DNA of 64,000 nt from a virus. Made by a program: the position numbers and the translations under genes. Where the stretch lies: IMG/VR virus record IMGVR_UViG_3300032245_001163; one strand, given 5' to 3'. Positions 1-9,480 of the stretch are shown here, in pieces. The first letter of the stretch is position 1, and each line of letters begins with the position of its first letter. The notes under the pieces were generated by a model. The model was given only the letters and a program-made list of their open reading frames with translations. It had not been told where the DNA came from and made no database searches.

Positions 1-450
1 ACGATTGTGTTTGATCACTAATCTGGCCTGTGTTTGCTCGCCCATGTAGCTGACCTTGCGATTGCCATAATAACCTTCGAACAAGCCTTCTTTGATGGCA
101 GCGATACCAGCCAAGGTGTGTTTGAGTTTGTTGATTTCTGTAGGACTCCATGTTGCACCATGGCTGGTGGCCTGATTGCTGAGTTGTTCTAAGAAGTCAA
201 ACCACTCTTGTTTGTCCTCAGGCTCCATGCCCCTGCCTAGATTATCCCCGTAAAAAAGACTGAGCTCTGAATCAGAAATCACGCACACTGCTGTACCATA
301 ATTTTTTCCCGAGTCAGCAACATAGTCAAATTTTATGGTAGTGGCTTCGCCGGCTTCCGAGGGATCGCCCTTTTTGTTAAAGTATTCTGGGTCAAAATTC
401 TTTGTAACCAGAAAGTCTGCTAGATCTTGAGGTAATGCTTCCATTGTCAT
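1..450 (-). CDS. Hypothetical protein, truncated at window edge (MTMEALPQDLADFLVTKNFDPEYF...)
   Basis: Hand-translated open frame of 150 codons from ATG 450 off the left edge; TAAATA 7 nt upstream; absent from ORF track because its stop lies outside the window. Confidence 0.75.
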   Translation of the reverse strand, partial: MTMEALPQDLADFLVTKNFDPEYFNKKGDPSEAGEATTIKFDYVADSGKNYGTAVCVISDSELSLFYGDNLGRGMEPEDKQEWFDFLEQLSNQATSHGATWSPTEINKLKHTLAGIAAIKEGLFEGYYGNRKVSYMGEQTQARLVIKHNR

Positions 451-460
451 AGTTGTGTAT

Positions 461-2050
461 TTAGTGTAACATTGATATGAATGGCATTGGTTCTATGATA
501 TTATCGCTGTGATCTTTCATTTGTGTGTCTAGTTCTGCATGATAAGTCTGCAACATCATCAGCATGCGTACAGCCAACAGCGAGCTCATCACAAGATCGT
601 CTGTTTCTCCAGGCTTGGCAGCATAACTGCCCCCTGCAGCAACAAATGTTTTGAGTTCTGAGATCAAGGGTCTGCTGTACAGCTTCATACGACCAGATTC
701 TACCAGCACTTTGAACTTGTTGCAGGCTGTGAGTTTGGCTTTGTTTGTGGTGTTGAACCCTTTGCGGAATCTGCGTCCTGTGGTACCAGTAACTGAATTA
801 TCACTCAAAAAGTACCCTTTGATGTTTTCTTCGCCGTATTCGCTGATACTGATTAGCGCAGCTTCGCCGATGGTGTTGTTTTCCACTGAATAGTAGATCT
901 TTTTATCATCTTTGGTGATTTCATACAATTCATTCACAATGTCAGCCAGTAATTTGACTTGTGTGGGAATATCAGTTTTGTTGTGCCTCCATTCGGCCAC
1001 TTGTTCTGTAGTATCTGCTTCAAATACCTGTATGGCACTGGGATCGCCACCAGTGCCCAGGCTGGGATCCAGCGCCACAATGTATATTTTATCCTTGGTG
1101 GGTGTTTTATACCAACGCACTTGTCCTGTACGGCGCTGGGGTTCCACACCTTCCAAGTCCAACAATTTGGTAGGAGCGATTAGTGTTTCGTCATTGATAA
1201 CAAACTCACATTCCATTTCTCGCCGGAATCGATCTTCGCCTAGTTGTGCTAATTGTTCCAATCCCCACTGCTCATCTCTGTCAGGATGTTCACGCCAGTT
1301 GCTTCTAAATGCACGGAATCCGTTGATGCCCAGTTCTGTGGTGTTGCCATGCTCGTCCTGGGTCTTGTTGGCACCTTTCCACAGGTACGCAAATTGATCT
1401 TCGTCTGAGTTTGGAGTTGATGTGATAATGGCCTTACCACCTGTGGCCAGTGTGGGGCTAATAGAAGTCCAGAACTCTCGAGCAATAGTGGGTCGCACAA
1501 ACGCAAATTCGTCAGCGTACAGCAAGGATATACTCATACCCCGTCCAGTTGTTTCTGTAGTTGTCTGCGCCACAATACGTGATCCGTTTTCAAATTCCAA
1601 TGAGTTCTTGTTGTAGCTGGTGGCACCTGCTCGGATATGATTAGGGCACAGTTCATATGCATAACGTATACGTTGCATGATCTCCTGCGCACCTGTGTAT
1701 TTGTGTGCGGCAACTAGAATAGTCGAGTCCGGCACAAACATTGCATACCACAACAGGTAGCCAGCAGCTGAGGTTGACTTGCCTGTTTGTCGGGGCATTA
1801 GCGATATTGAATATCTGTAGTTGTGATATGTTTCAATCAGTCTGGTTTGATACTCAAATGGATGATACAACATCTTGCCGCGTGTGGGATGCTGAATAAA
1901 AAAGAAGTTGTCCATGAAGTACAATGGACCAGTTTTGGGATCAGCGCATCGGGCAAACTCCAGCAGTTCATCTTCAGTGTAGACTTCTTTGCGGTGTGGT
2001 GCCTTGACCAGCACTGTTTCTAAATTTTTACTTGTTGGTGGTGCGATCAT
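461..2050 (-). CDS. gp17: Terminase large subunit (T4 gp17-like)
   Basis: Walker A PRQTGKS, Walker B LLYADEFAF, coupling motif ITSTPN, RNase H-like nuclease ALDPS...DDLV. Confidence 0.96.
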   Translation of the reverse strand: MIAPPTSKNLETVLVKAPHRKEVYTEDELLEFARCADPKTGPLYFMDNFFFIQHPTRGKMLYHPFEYQTRLIETYHNYRYSISLMPRQTGKSTSAAGYLLWYAMFVPDSTILVAAHKYTGAQEIMQRIRYAYELCPNHIRAGATSYNKNSLEFENGSRIVAQTTTETTGRGMSISLLYADEFAFVRPTIAREFWTSISPTLATGGKAIITSTPNSDEDQFAYLWKGANKTQDEHGNTTELGINGFRAFRSNWREHPDRDEQWGLEQLAQLGEDRFRREMECEFVINDETLIAPTKLLDLEGVEPQRRTGQVRWYKTPTKDKIYIVALDPSLGTGGDPSAIQVFEADTTEQVAEWRHNKTDIPTQVKLLADIVNELYEITKDDKKIYYSVENNTIGEAALISISEYGEENIKGYFLSDNSVTGTTGRRFRKGFNTTNKAKLTACNKFKVLVESGRMKLYSRPLISELKTFVAAGGSYAAKPGETDDLVMSSLLAVRMLMMLQTYHAELDTQMKDHSDNIIEPMPFISMLH

Positions 2051-2753
2051 TTAAAATTCTTTCTGCTAAAATTTCATGTCCTCTTGGACCAGCATGCATG
2101 TAATCTCTAGCATACTCTAATTTTTCTCTACTGTCAGCCATATAGACGTTGGCATCATATAACTGACATGGAACATTAATTGTGCGACAAAGTTGTTGCA
2201 ACGCCAATTTATTTTTTACAGAATTTAATCTGCTGTTTTCACTATTTAACATCCATTCAGTAATAAACGCATCACTGGCAGTTGGGGGCAAATTTGTAGG
2301 CATGTACACCATGTGTTCTTTTTGTGTTAGCACTTCAATTCTATCCACAGGAGGAGCAAGCATGACAACTAATGCAGGATTTAATCTCGGCAGCCAATAT
2401 TCAGCCAATCTAAAACAACTGTCCGCAGCATAACCTCCCCAGGCCAAGTTAACAACTTGCAACCCCAGTGCTTGTCCTACCAACCAAGGCCAAGTGGTTT
2501 CAACTGGTAATCCTATGCCCGCGGTATAACTGCATCCTAGTGCCACTATGCAAGGATCATTGTTGAATTCTTCGCATCTAAATCCTTCACTGTTGAATCG
2601 ATAAGTTATGGCACCTGGCTGATCCCAACCTTTTTCAGCAAAATATTGTTGATGTTCGGGTTCCTGCATCATTCTTGCAAATGATTCTGGTGTGTCAGAT
2701 GACAGCCATTCAAGAACAGAATTTGCTAATCGTTTTCCAGCATGCCAAGTCAT
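2028..2753 (-). CDS. Hypothetical protein, SGNH-hydrolase-like
   Basis: YRFNSEGFR, ALGCSYT (GxS block), NLAWGG, C-terminal DYMHAG (DxxH). Confidence 0.55.
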   Translation of the reverse strand: MTWHAGKRLANSVLEWLSSDTPESFARMMQEPEHQQYFAEKGWDQPGAITYRFNSEGFRCEEFNNDPCIVALGCSYTAGIGLPVETTWPWLVGQALGLQVVNLAWGGYAADSCFRLAEYWLPRLNPALVVMLAPPVDRIEVLTQKEHMVYMPTNLPPTASDAFITEWMLNSENSRLNSVKNKLALQQLCRTINVPCQLYDANVYMADSREKLEYARDYMHAGPRGHEILAERILNDRTTNK

Positions 2754-2754
2754 G

Positions 2755-3906
2755 TTATAGTTCCTTTGCTATATTGGGCCACAAATCCACAAATTGTGTG
2801 GTCTTCTTTAGCATTGTTTCAATATCTTTATGCCATAATAACAAATCTGGTACAAAATCTTGATTGCCTAAATAACTGTTGTCAATCAATGTAGCACGAT
2901 AACGCAACAACACATCAGTGCTTAATTGTGTTTGATCTTGATATTTGGCCACTACGCGATCAATTTCTTCTACAGCAAGTTGTCGTAATGCAGAGGATTG
3001 ACGTCTTATATCCAGGTCCCAAGGGTTGGTCAATTCACACCAAAAAATATCTAATTGTTGATCAGCACAGAAGTCATAGTATTCCATCAAGTCTAATGCA
3101 CAGTAAACAGAATAAGCTGGATGTGCTTGAACTTTTTGACCGTCTCTTTTCATAATTTGTATGTTGTCAACAAACTGTGTCCATGACGCACCATGTCTGA
3201 CATATTCAAACTTGCTTTTGTCAGCATTGTCAAAACTGATCATCCAACTGACATTGGGCCAAGTCTTGAGTCGTTGATAGACAGCATTGTGTTCAAGATC
3301 CATGCTGAGATTTGTAGTAATCATTACACCGACCTTGTTGGCATCAATATAGTCTAAAAATTGTTCCAGTCCTCGTTGCAACAAAGGTTCGCCACCGCCT
3401 AGGCTCAGTCCTTGTATGTTGTGCCCTTGTGTGCGGGCTAGTTCTATTAGATCTGCATGTTCGTTCTTGACATGGTTGATGGGAATCTTTTTTATGCTTT
3501 GCCATGCTGTGCTGGTTTCGGGATTGCAGTACACGCAGGCAAGATTGCACAAGTTGCTCCAGTTTACAACTAGATGTTCTAGTTTGAAAAAATCAACGTC
3601 TGCATCAATTGCGGCTATGGTTTCTGCACTGGCTCGACGCACAGTTCTACCACTGACTCCTGTGGTTTCTTCCAATCTTTTGCACCATGCACATCCAGGT
3701 GCCCACTCTCCCTGTGCCATGGCCTGTTTCATGCCATTGATCACTGGTCCTGTTATAACTTCTTGAATGGTGTTTTTCTTTATGTTGCCAATCATGTCCA
3801 CACAGTGAAAGCACGGACTGACTTCGCCAGCTTGATCAATGTTGAGGCTGGTCCAAGGTGCTGGACAGAATGTGGGACTTTGACTAATCATTGTGGGTGT
3901 ATCCAT
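2755..3906 (-). CDS. Radical SAM protein with N-terminal Twitch/SPASM-like Cys cluster
   Basis: CNLACVYC (CxxxCxxC), GGEPLL, N-terminal FCPAPW...PC...CAWC. Confidence 0.9.
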   Translation of the reverse strand: MDTPTMISQSPTFCPAPWTSLNIDQAGEVSPCFHCVDMIGNIKKNTIQEVITGPVINGMKQAMAQGEWAPGCAWCKRLEETTGVSGRTVRRASAETIAAIDADVDFFKLEHLVVNWSNLCNLACVYCNPETSTAWQSIKKIPINHVKNEHADLIELARTQGHNIQGLSLGGGEPLLQRGLEQFLDYIDANKVGVMITTNLSMDLEHNAVYQRLKTWPNVSWMISFDNADKSKFEYVRHGASWTQFVDNIQIMKRDGQKVQAHPAYSVYCALDLMEYYDFCADQQLDIFWCELTNPWDLDIRRQSSALRQLAVEEIDRVVAKYQDQTQLSTDVLLRYRATLIDNSYLGNQDFVPDLLLWHKDIETMLKKTTQFVDLWPNIAKEL

Positions 3907-4445
3907 GTATATGAAGTTATTCTATAACTGTCCGAAGGTGTGAGCATGGCATGCCACAGCAGCGGTCTATATCCTTGTTCATTGGCTTGATTGATCATGA
4001 TATAACCGGCATTAGGCTGCTCAGGTGTTTGATAGCGCAGGGTTGAAGAATCTTTGTGCCAGTAAAATGCTGTGCCAGGACCCTGCCAAGTTAGATGCAT
4101 GCTGCCTGGCATTTCACCGTCAGTGTGCATGCTACAAGTAAATCCTGGTTCATCCAGCCACCAGGCAGTGCCCGAGTAAGCATGTAATTGTTTTCCCACT
4201 TGTTGTTCTATCACAGGCCATTGACTGTTGATTTCTTCATGCCATTGTTTGATCCAAGGGATCGCTGAGTCTATTATGCGTCTACGTGCCCAGTTTTCTT
4301 GTCCTTCTTGGCGTTGCCAGGGTAATGTCAACCAATCAGTTTTTAGAACTTTGGTGGCCAGTTCCGCACTCACTGCATGTTCTATACGGAACAAATTGTT
4401 TTCGCCATCTACAGCAGTCACAAACATTGTGCAATCTCCGGCCAT
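3888..4445 (-). CDS. 2OG-Fe(II) oxygenase superfamily protein
   Basis: HTD...WHAM...R facial triad and 2OG-binding Arg pattern; the true start may be ATG 4427. Confidence 0.7.
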   Translation of the reverse strand: MAGDCTMFVTAVDGENNLFRIEHAVSAELATKVLKTDWLTLPWQRQEGQENWARRRIIDSAIPWIKQWHEEINSQWPVIEQQVGKQLHAYSGTAWWLDEPGFTCSMHTDGEMPGSMHLTWQGPGTAFYWHKDSSTLRYQTPEQPNAGYIMINQANEQGYRPLLWHAMLTPSDSYRITSYTWIHPQ

Positions 4446-5542
4446 AATTTTTTAAACTGCCCTTGTGTGTCCAAGTGATACTGTTGTTCTATTTGTGTTG
4501 TATGCTCACGCAGTTTGGCTCTTAGGTCTTGTTTTGATTGCAAGTTTTGCAACACTGTTTCAAAAAACTGTTGCTCTTCTGGCAAACAAATGTTGTGAGA
4601 CAACAATTTTTTAATTTCATGTTGTGCCAATGCCACAACATCGGCACCTAGATTACTGGGGTCAAGACAGTTGGGTTGATACAGGCTTTGCCAGTGTATG
4701 GTCAGGCCACGATGTCTTGCAAAATCAGTCAGTTCCTGCAAATTAGTAGCATTGTATATGTTGTACACAGCATGTATACCGCCCCAGTGCCCTTGATCAC
4801 GCATGAGTTGTTGTATAGCGTCTAAATTTTTCAACAGCAATGGCCATGAGCCGCCATGTCGTACATATTCAAATCTCTCACCAATATTATCAAAGCTCAG
4901 ACTCCAGCCAACTCGTTGTCGTTGGGATAGTTTTTTAAATATGCGATTGTTTTCCAGTTCAACACTGGCATTGGTTATTAGGGTGACCACACAGTCTGGG
5001 GGTATCACATCCAACAGTCGATCGTTTTCAGGCAACAGCAAAGGTTCACCGCCTACCAAGGCCACTTCACGTATGTGGTCGTGATGCCGAGCAAGATAGT
5101 CGCACACCGCTTCGTAGTAGGGTCGTGCACCTGATGCCACAGGCATGTGCTTCAGTGCGGCCCATTTGCTACTGCATGCTTCGGCACAATAGTTGCAACT
5201 CAAGTTACAAGTAGTATTCCAACGCACATCAATCAGGGTGGGACGATGTTCAGTGTCGTTGGCAGTTTCACAGTCAAACTCTGGACTGACATTGTTGTGC
5301 CAATCTCGTTCACTGCGCCCGTAACGTTCGGCCTGCACACAGTTGTAACAGTAGGCATGCGGTTGCCCTTGGCGTATGCTCTGACGTATTTCTTGCATGA
5401 CAGGACCGTGCAAGATTTGTTCTATTGACTGTGAGTTGAGGTTACCCAGCATGTTGGGGTTGCCAGCACAGCAAGTTTTGACATCACCACGAGGATTGAT
5501 GTGCAGGCCGCGCCAGGGGGCTGCACAGTAGAAATTGCTCAT
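4418..5542 (-). CDS. Radical SAM protein with N-terminal Twitch/SPASM-like Cys cluster (paralog of 2755..3906)
   Basis: CNLSCNYC, GGEPLL, YCAAPW...TCC...CYNC; shares SFDN...FEYVRHGxSW with the neighbouring paralog. Confidence 0.9.
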   Translation of the reverse strand: MSNFYCAAPWRGLHINPRGDVKTCCAGNPNMLGNLNSQSIEQILHGPVMQEIRQSIRQGQPHAYCYNCVQAERYGRSERDWHNNVSPEFDCETANDTEHRPTLIDVRWNTTCNLSCNYCAEACSSKWAALKHMPVASGARPYYEAVCDYLARHHDHIREVALVGGEPLLLPENDRLLDVIPPDCVVTLITNASVELENNRIFKKLSQRQRVGWSLSFDNIGERFEYVRHGGSWPLLLKNLDAIQQLMRDQGHWGGIHAVYNIYNATNLQELTDFARHRGLTIHWQSLYQPNCLDPSNLGADVVALAQHEIKKLLSHNICLPEEQQFFETVLQNLQSKQDLRAKLREHTTQIEQQYHLDTQGQFKKLWPEIAQCL

Positions 5543-5557
5543 ACCGTATTTACGGTG

Positions 5558-6364
5558 TTATTCGCTGCTCTTGCATTTTTGGCGTTTGGCATTGGTAAGT
5601 GCGCCAAAGTCCACAGGCCATTCTTGTCCAATGGGTAGTTCTCGTGCATTGGCAGGATAAGCAAACTTCACACCGGCTTTGTTTTCGATGGCCGAAACAG
5701 CAGCACGGGCTTTTGTCAAGTCATTGCCTTGTCCGCCTTCGTGTCGGAAATACCAGCCAGCCATGGCGCCGGTGGCTTGATTGATAACAATTTTATAAAA
5801 GCCTGTGGGTACTACAACACCGTTGCCAATCTTTTTGTCAGTGGCTGTGTCATACACAGCACCCACATAGATTGTGTAGGTTTGATTTTGTTGCACTGTC
5901 CAACCACGTACTGAAGTTTCTAGTAGTTTCCAAATGCCACGATTGAGTCCACCCAGTTGTGGGTACATGTTGGTCATTAGGAATGACTCGTACTCTACTT
6001 GTCGATCCCAACTCAAGTCGCCATCAGGAGCAGCATGACCTTTGTCGTAGCCGGTGCCAGCGTAGTCATCTGGTCTTGGTCCGTTGGGCACACTTGCATC
6101 TGCCACAAACGCATTGGTTCTTGGCCAGCATCCTAGTGCATTGGGCGGGGTCAGTGTATATGTCACATAGTTGGGAATCTTTGCAGCCGCATCATAGGCC
6201 ACAAAGTATGCTCTGCGGCAGATGGCTGTGACTTGTTTGCTAGTCTGTGCCCAACCATATGGGTTGTGTGCTTGACAGCGAGCAGGATCAAGAGGAGGGG
6301 TTTGATCCCAGGCCTGTGCTAGATTAACGGCTGTGATCAACAGTGCAAATAATAGTGTTTTCAT
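5558..6364 (-). CDS. DNA/RNA non-specific endonuclease (NucA/Serratia family) with signal peptide
   Basis: YDKGH active-site motif, TNMYPQ...NRGIW, VPTGFYKI; N-terminal MKTLLFALLITAVNLAQA Sec-type signal. Confidence 0.9.
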   Translation of the reverse strand: MKTLLFALLITAVNLAQAWDQTPPLDPARCQAHNPYGWAQTSKQVTAICRRAYFVAYDAAAKIPNYVTYTLTPPNALGCWPRTNAFVADASVPNGPRPDDYAGTGYDKGHAAPDGDLSWDRQVEYESFLMTNMYPQLGGLNRGIWKLLETSVRGWTVQQNQTYTIYVGAVYDTATDKKIGNGVVVPTGFYKIVINQATGAMAGWYFRHEGGQGNDLTKARAAVSAIENKAGVKFAYPANARELPIGQEWPVDFGALTNAKRQKCKSSE

Positions 6365-6397
6365 TCTCTTGCTTTCTAATAGTTCTATATTTATTGG

Positions 6398-6670
6398 TTA
6401 TTCTACGGCTTCTTCCAAATAATAACCACAGTGCGGATTGTTTAAAAAAAACTTGGGCTCTGAAGGATAGATTCGGCAACCTTCGTAACGAGTGTTGTAT
6501 ATGGTGCATTTGAGAGTCACATCTGGATCTTGATTGTAATACTGGCACCATTCCGTAGTATAGGTGGTGGCGTCTGAGTAGACTTTAAACAAACAACAAG
6601 CACTGCCACAGCCGCCTGCAGGATCACAACTGCCACGAACTACAGGGTTGATCCAAACAATCTTGGACAC
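6398..6670 (-). CDS. Small Cys-cluster protein (YkgJ/CxxCxxCC-like)
   Basis: C...CGSACC...C...CTIYNTRYEGCRIYP pattern; GTG start immediately after the upstream stop. Confidence 0.6.
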   Translation of the reverse strand: MSKIVWINPVVRGSCDPAGGCGSACCLFKVYSDATTYTTEWCQYYNQDPDVTLKCTIYNTRYEGCRIYPSEPKFFLNNPHCGYYLEEAVE

Positions 6671-6671
6671 A

Positions 6672-8210
6672 TTAGACCCAGGCCAGATAAGTTAGATCAA
6701 ATGCTGAAGTGGTGATGGCACCACCAGTGGTGTTTTGTAATTGTATGCCCAGAGTGTTGGCAGTTGATGGATATGCGGCTGAGACAAAAATACCTGCATT
6801 TAAATTTATAGCAGGAGTAACAATAACTTTGTGACTGGTGGTTAGGCCTGTGACTGTGACTGTGACGTTTACACTTGTGGTATTTTTAGCAATGACCTGA
6901 CTTGGTATGTTTGCTTGGCCTGTTAGGAATGTGCCTGCTGTGGATGAAGTATTGACTGTTAAATTGGATGCTGAACCAACTAGGTTACCGGTAAATTTTG
7001 CGGCTGTGACATTGCCACCAGTGATGTTGCCTGTGGCTGAGACCAAACCACCAGTTAGTATGTTGCCACCCGTGATGTTGGCAGTGACATTTACCAGACC
7101 ACTAGTCAAAACGTTACCGCCTGTTATGTTGCCTGTGGCTGAGACCAAACCACCAGTCAAGACATTGCCACCTGTGATATTGCCAGTGACACTTACCAGA
7201 CCACTAGTCAAAACGTTACCGCCTGTTATGTTGCCTGTGGCAGATATGGTGCCAGCAGTGGTAAATTTAGTTGCATTCACACCATTGGCTGTGGTAATAT
7301 TGGCCACATCCACTCTGGCATTGGCATCACTGCCCACAGGAGTAACTGTAAACACCAATTGACTGCCTTGGGCTGTGGTGGTTTGATTTTCCAATGCAGT
7401 GGCTCGAATCTGTGCAAAAGCAACATTGCCTACTCCTGCATTGGTGGCTGCAGTGGCGTTGAGACGAAAAACATCTTGTCCGGCCAGGACCTGTGTGGGC
7501 ACAGACACATTGCCGTTGAATCTGCGAGTGACCAGGCTCACATAATTGTCATTGCCGTCAAAATACAATCTATTTGGTATGCTCAACTGTCCAGTAACAT
7601 GCAACATGGCACCAGTTTGCCCGGGAGGTATGCTGTTTCCACTTGTGGATCCAATGATTCGTATTGCTCCATCGGCATCGGCGGTTGGAATGTAAAAAGT
7701 TACTTGACCATCTTTATTGAATTCTGCATACCGGTTGGCAGTGTTGGGTGGTAACCCATCAGGCTTGTAAAATCCCACATTACCAATAAGTTGAACTTCG
7801 GCATTGCCACTGGTAATGAGAATCATGTTCTCATCAACGTTGACAATACTCAAAACATTGTTGCTGGCAGTGAAGTTACCAAATGATATTGGCAGGTTGG
7901 CAGAGTTAATGGTCAGCTGTCCAGTGTTGCCAATTACCACTCCTGGGCCAGGAAATATACCACCAACTTTGTTGTTGCCTGCAGGCGAAATATTGCCCAG
8001 CACCACAAGATTGCCTGTGATGGTGGCTGTGTTCAGTGTGACATTGGCAGTGTTTGCAACACTTATGGGCACACCGCCGGCTGTGTTGCCATCGCTGGAG
8101 TAAAATGCATTGGTGTCTGGATTCCACCAGATTCGACCAGTTTGTCCAACATAGGTCACACTGTTGGCGTTGTTGTCTCGGCTGGTGAAAATATTTTGGA
8201 TGAAACTCAT
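6672..8210 (-). CDS. Fibre/spike-like virion protein with 17-aa GNITGGN repeats
   Basis: N-terminal YVGQTGRIWWNPDTNAFYSSDGNTAGG (fibre attachment-type motif); tandem GNITGGNVLTxGLVSxT repeats. Confidence 0.7.
   Translation of the reverse strand: MSFIQNIFTSRDNNANSVTYVGQTGRIWWNPDTNAFYSSDGNTAGGVPISVANTANVTLNTATITGNLVVLGNISPAGNNKVGGIFPGPGVVIGNTGQLTINSANLPISFGNFTASNNVLSIVNVDENMILITSGNAEVQLIGNVGFYKPDGLPPNTANRYAEFNKDGQVTFYIPTADADGAIRIIGSTSGNSIPPGQTGAMLHVTGQLSIPNRLYFDGNDNYVSLVTRRFNGNVSVPTQVLAGQDVFRLNATAATNAGVGNVAFAQIRATALENQTTTAQGSQLVFTVTPVGSDANARVDVANITTANGVNATKFTTAGTISATGNITGGNVLTSGLVSVTGNITGGNVLTGGLVSATGNITGGNVLTSGLVNVTANITGGNILTGGLVSATGNITGGNVTAAKFTGNLVGSASNLTVNTSSTAGTFLTGQANIPSQVIAKNTTSVNVTVTVTGLTTSHKVIVTPAINLNAGIFVSAAYPSTANTLGIQLQNTTGGAITTSAFDLTYLAWV
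7091..7241. repeat. Exact 49-bp direct repeat (7091-7139 and 7193-7241) within a 51-bp-period coding repeat array
   Basis: ttaccagaccactagtcaaaacgttaccgcctgttatgttgcctgtggc occurs twice, 102 bp apart. Confidence 0.9.
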
Positions 8211-8219
8211 AGCACCACC

Positions 8220-8555
8220 TTATTCTAGTGGCTCGTCGTCGCTGAGTTCGTGTGTGATCAGTGCATTGACGCCTGCGGCTTTTTTCATGCGTTCAAGAGC
8301 ATCAGTTTCTTCAGGCTCCATGGGTGTCACACGGTAGTTGCTGGCTTCTGGGCTGTTGGCCAGTTTATCAACATTTTCGTCATAGACGTTTTCCACGCCC
8401 ACTGCTTTTTTCAGCAGTTCTAATTTGTTTTGTAGTGGTGGTAGGAATGTATCGTTGGGTTCAGGAATTAATCCCGAAGTCTGCGATTGTTGGGCAGGTT
8501 GTGACTTTGCGTCAATCATGTCGGCCATTTGGCGAAGTATTTCTGCTGCTCTCAT
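8220..8555 (-). CDS. Hypothetical protein, putative head-internal protein
   Basis: 111 aa, AAGGA SD, motifs LKKAVGV and RMKKAAGV resembling the scaffold C-terminus. Confidence 0.6.
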   Translation of the reverse strand: MRAAEILRQMADMIDAKSQPAQQSQTSGLIPEPNDTFLPPLQNKLELLKKAVGVENVYDENVDKLANSPEASNYRVTPMEPEETDALERMKKAAGVNALITHELSDDEPLE

Positions 8556-8561
8556 TGAAGT

Positions 8562-8594
8562 TCCTTGTTCTGCTGTTATTTAGCAGAACAAAGA
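8562..8594 (-). promoter_or_regulatory. Hairpin containing late promoter TAAATA and sequestering the SD of 8220..8555
   Basis: Minus strand TCTTTGTTCTGCT-AAATAAC-AGCAGAACAAGGA; the 3' arm includes AAGGA. Confidence 0.65.
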
Positions 8595-8596
8595 GG

Positions 8597-8983
8597 TTAA
8601 CGTGGGTAACCTGCAAATGGTTTTACAGGACTTTGTTTCTGCACAGACGCAGGTTCCAGGCTGTTTGGTGTGCTGACTTGTACTTTGGTAGCAGGCAGGT
8701 CAGCCATTTTCAATGCCTGGTCAATTATTGGTTCAATAGTGGCGTTGAAACCACCAATCACTGCCTCTTCTCCAAATGCAGCCTGAGGAGACCAGTCTGG
8801 AAAGTTCTTAGCAATGCCATCTGTGCCGGCATCACTTCTGGCACGGGCCATGGCCACGCCCAGTCGATAGATCATGTATGGATCGCTGGATTTTACTCCG
8901 GGCAACACAAACACATGATTCATAGGGTCTGCTTGCTCAGGAGGTAGCGTTGCTTGTTCAGTAATAAACTCTTTTGCTCTCAT
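8597..8983 (-). CDS. Hypothetical protein, putative internal head protein (paralog of 9477..9848)
   Basis: Starts MRAKEFITE and ends SPVKPFAGYPR. Confidence 0.7.
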   Translation of the reverse strand: MRAKEFITEQATLPPEQADPMNHVFVLPGVKSSDPYMIYRLGVAMARARSDAGTDGIAKNFPDWSPQAAFGEEAVIGGFNATIEPIIDQALKMADLPATKVQVSTPNSLEPASVQKQSPVKPFAGYPR

Positions 8984-9480
8984 GCTGCTGTCTCCACTGT
9001 TTTATTCCAGTGATTGTCAGGCACAATGGATTCATACGCACATTCTTGCCCCCAATACTCGTCATTGAAAAAAGAGTAGTACTTGGTCTTCAACAAACTT
9101 TCTCTGCCTTTTTCAATTTCTTGTTTGGGCTGGCACATGACCAAATTGTATTTGCAGTTGTTGGTCAATATACCATTGATGTAAGTGCGTTTGGTTTTGT
9201 GATCAGGCAAAAATACGTACTCTGGATGTTGACTGTTCAACTGCAAGCATCGATCAGTCATTTGTTGCTCGGATACGTCATCGGGCAAAATATAAATTAT
9301 CAATTTGAATTCGTAGTCAGGAACACCCAACGTATCCAATTCTGTGTTGATGATTTGATATATTGCTTTTTTAGCAAAAGGGCACACAGGCAAATTGTCT
9401 AATTTTTCCTGTGGTTCACTGACATGTTCTATCCACGATTTAATATGTGCATCGACATCTGTTATAGAAAGTACAGTCAT
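8980..9480 (-). CDS. DUF1415-like protein (paralog of 53239..53739)
   Basis: IKSWIEHVSEP...LPVCPFAKKA and LPDH motifs; ATGA overlaps on both sides. Confidence 0.55.
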   Translation of the reverse strand: MTVLSITDVDAHIKSWIEHVSEPQEKLDNLPVCPFAKKAIYQIINTELDTLGVPDYEFKLIIYILPDDVSEQQMTDRCLQLNSQHPEYVFLPDHKTKRTYINGILTNNCKYNLVMCQPKQEIEKGRESLLKTKYYSFFNDEYWGQECAYESIVPDNHWNKTVETAA

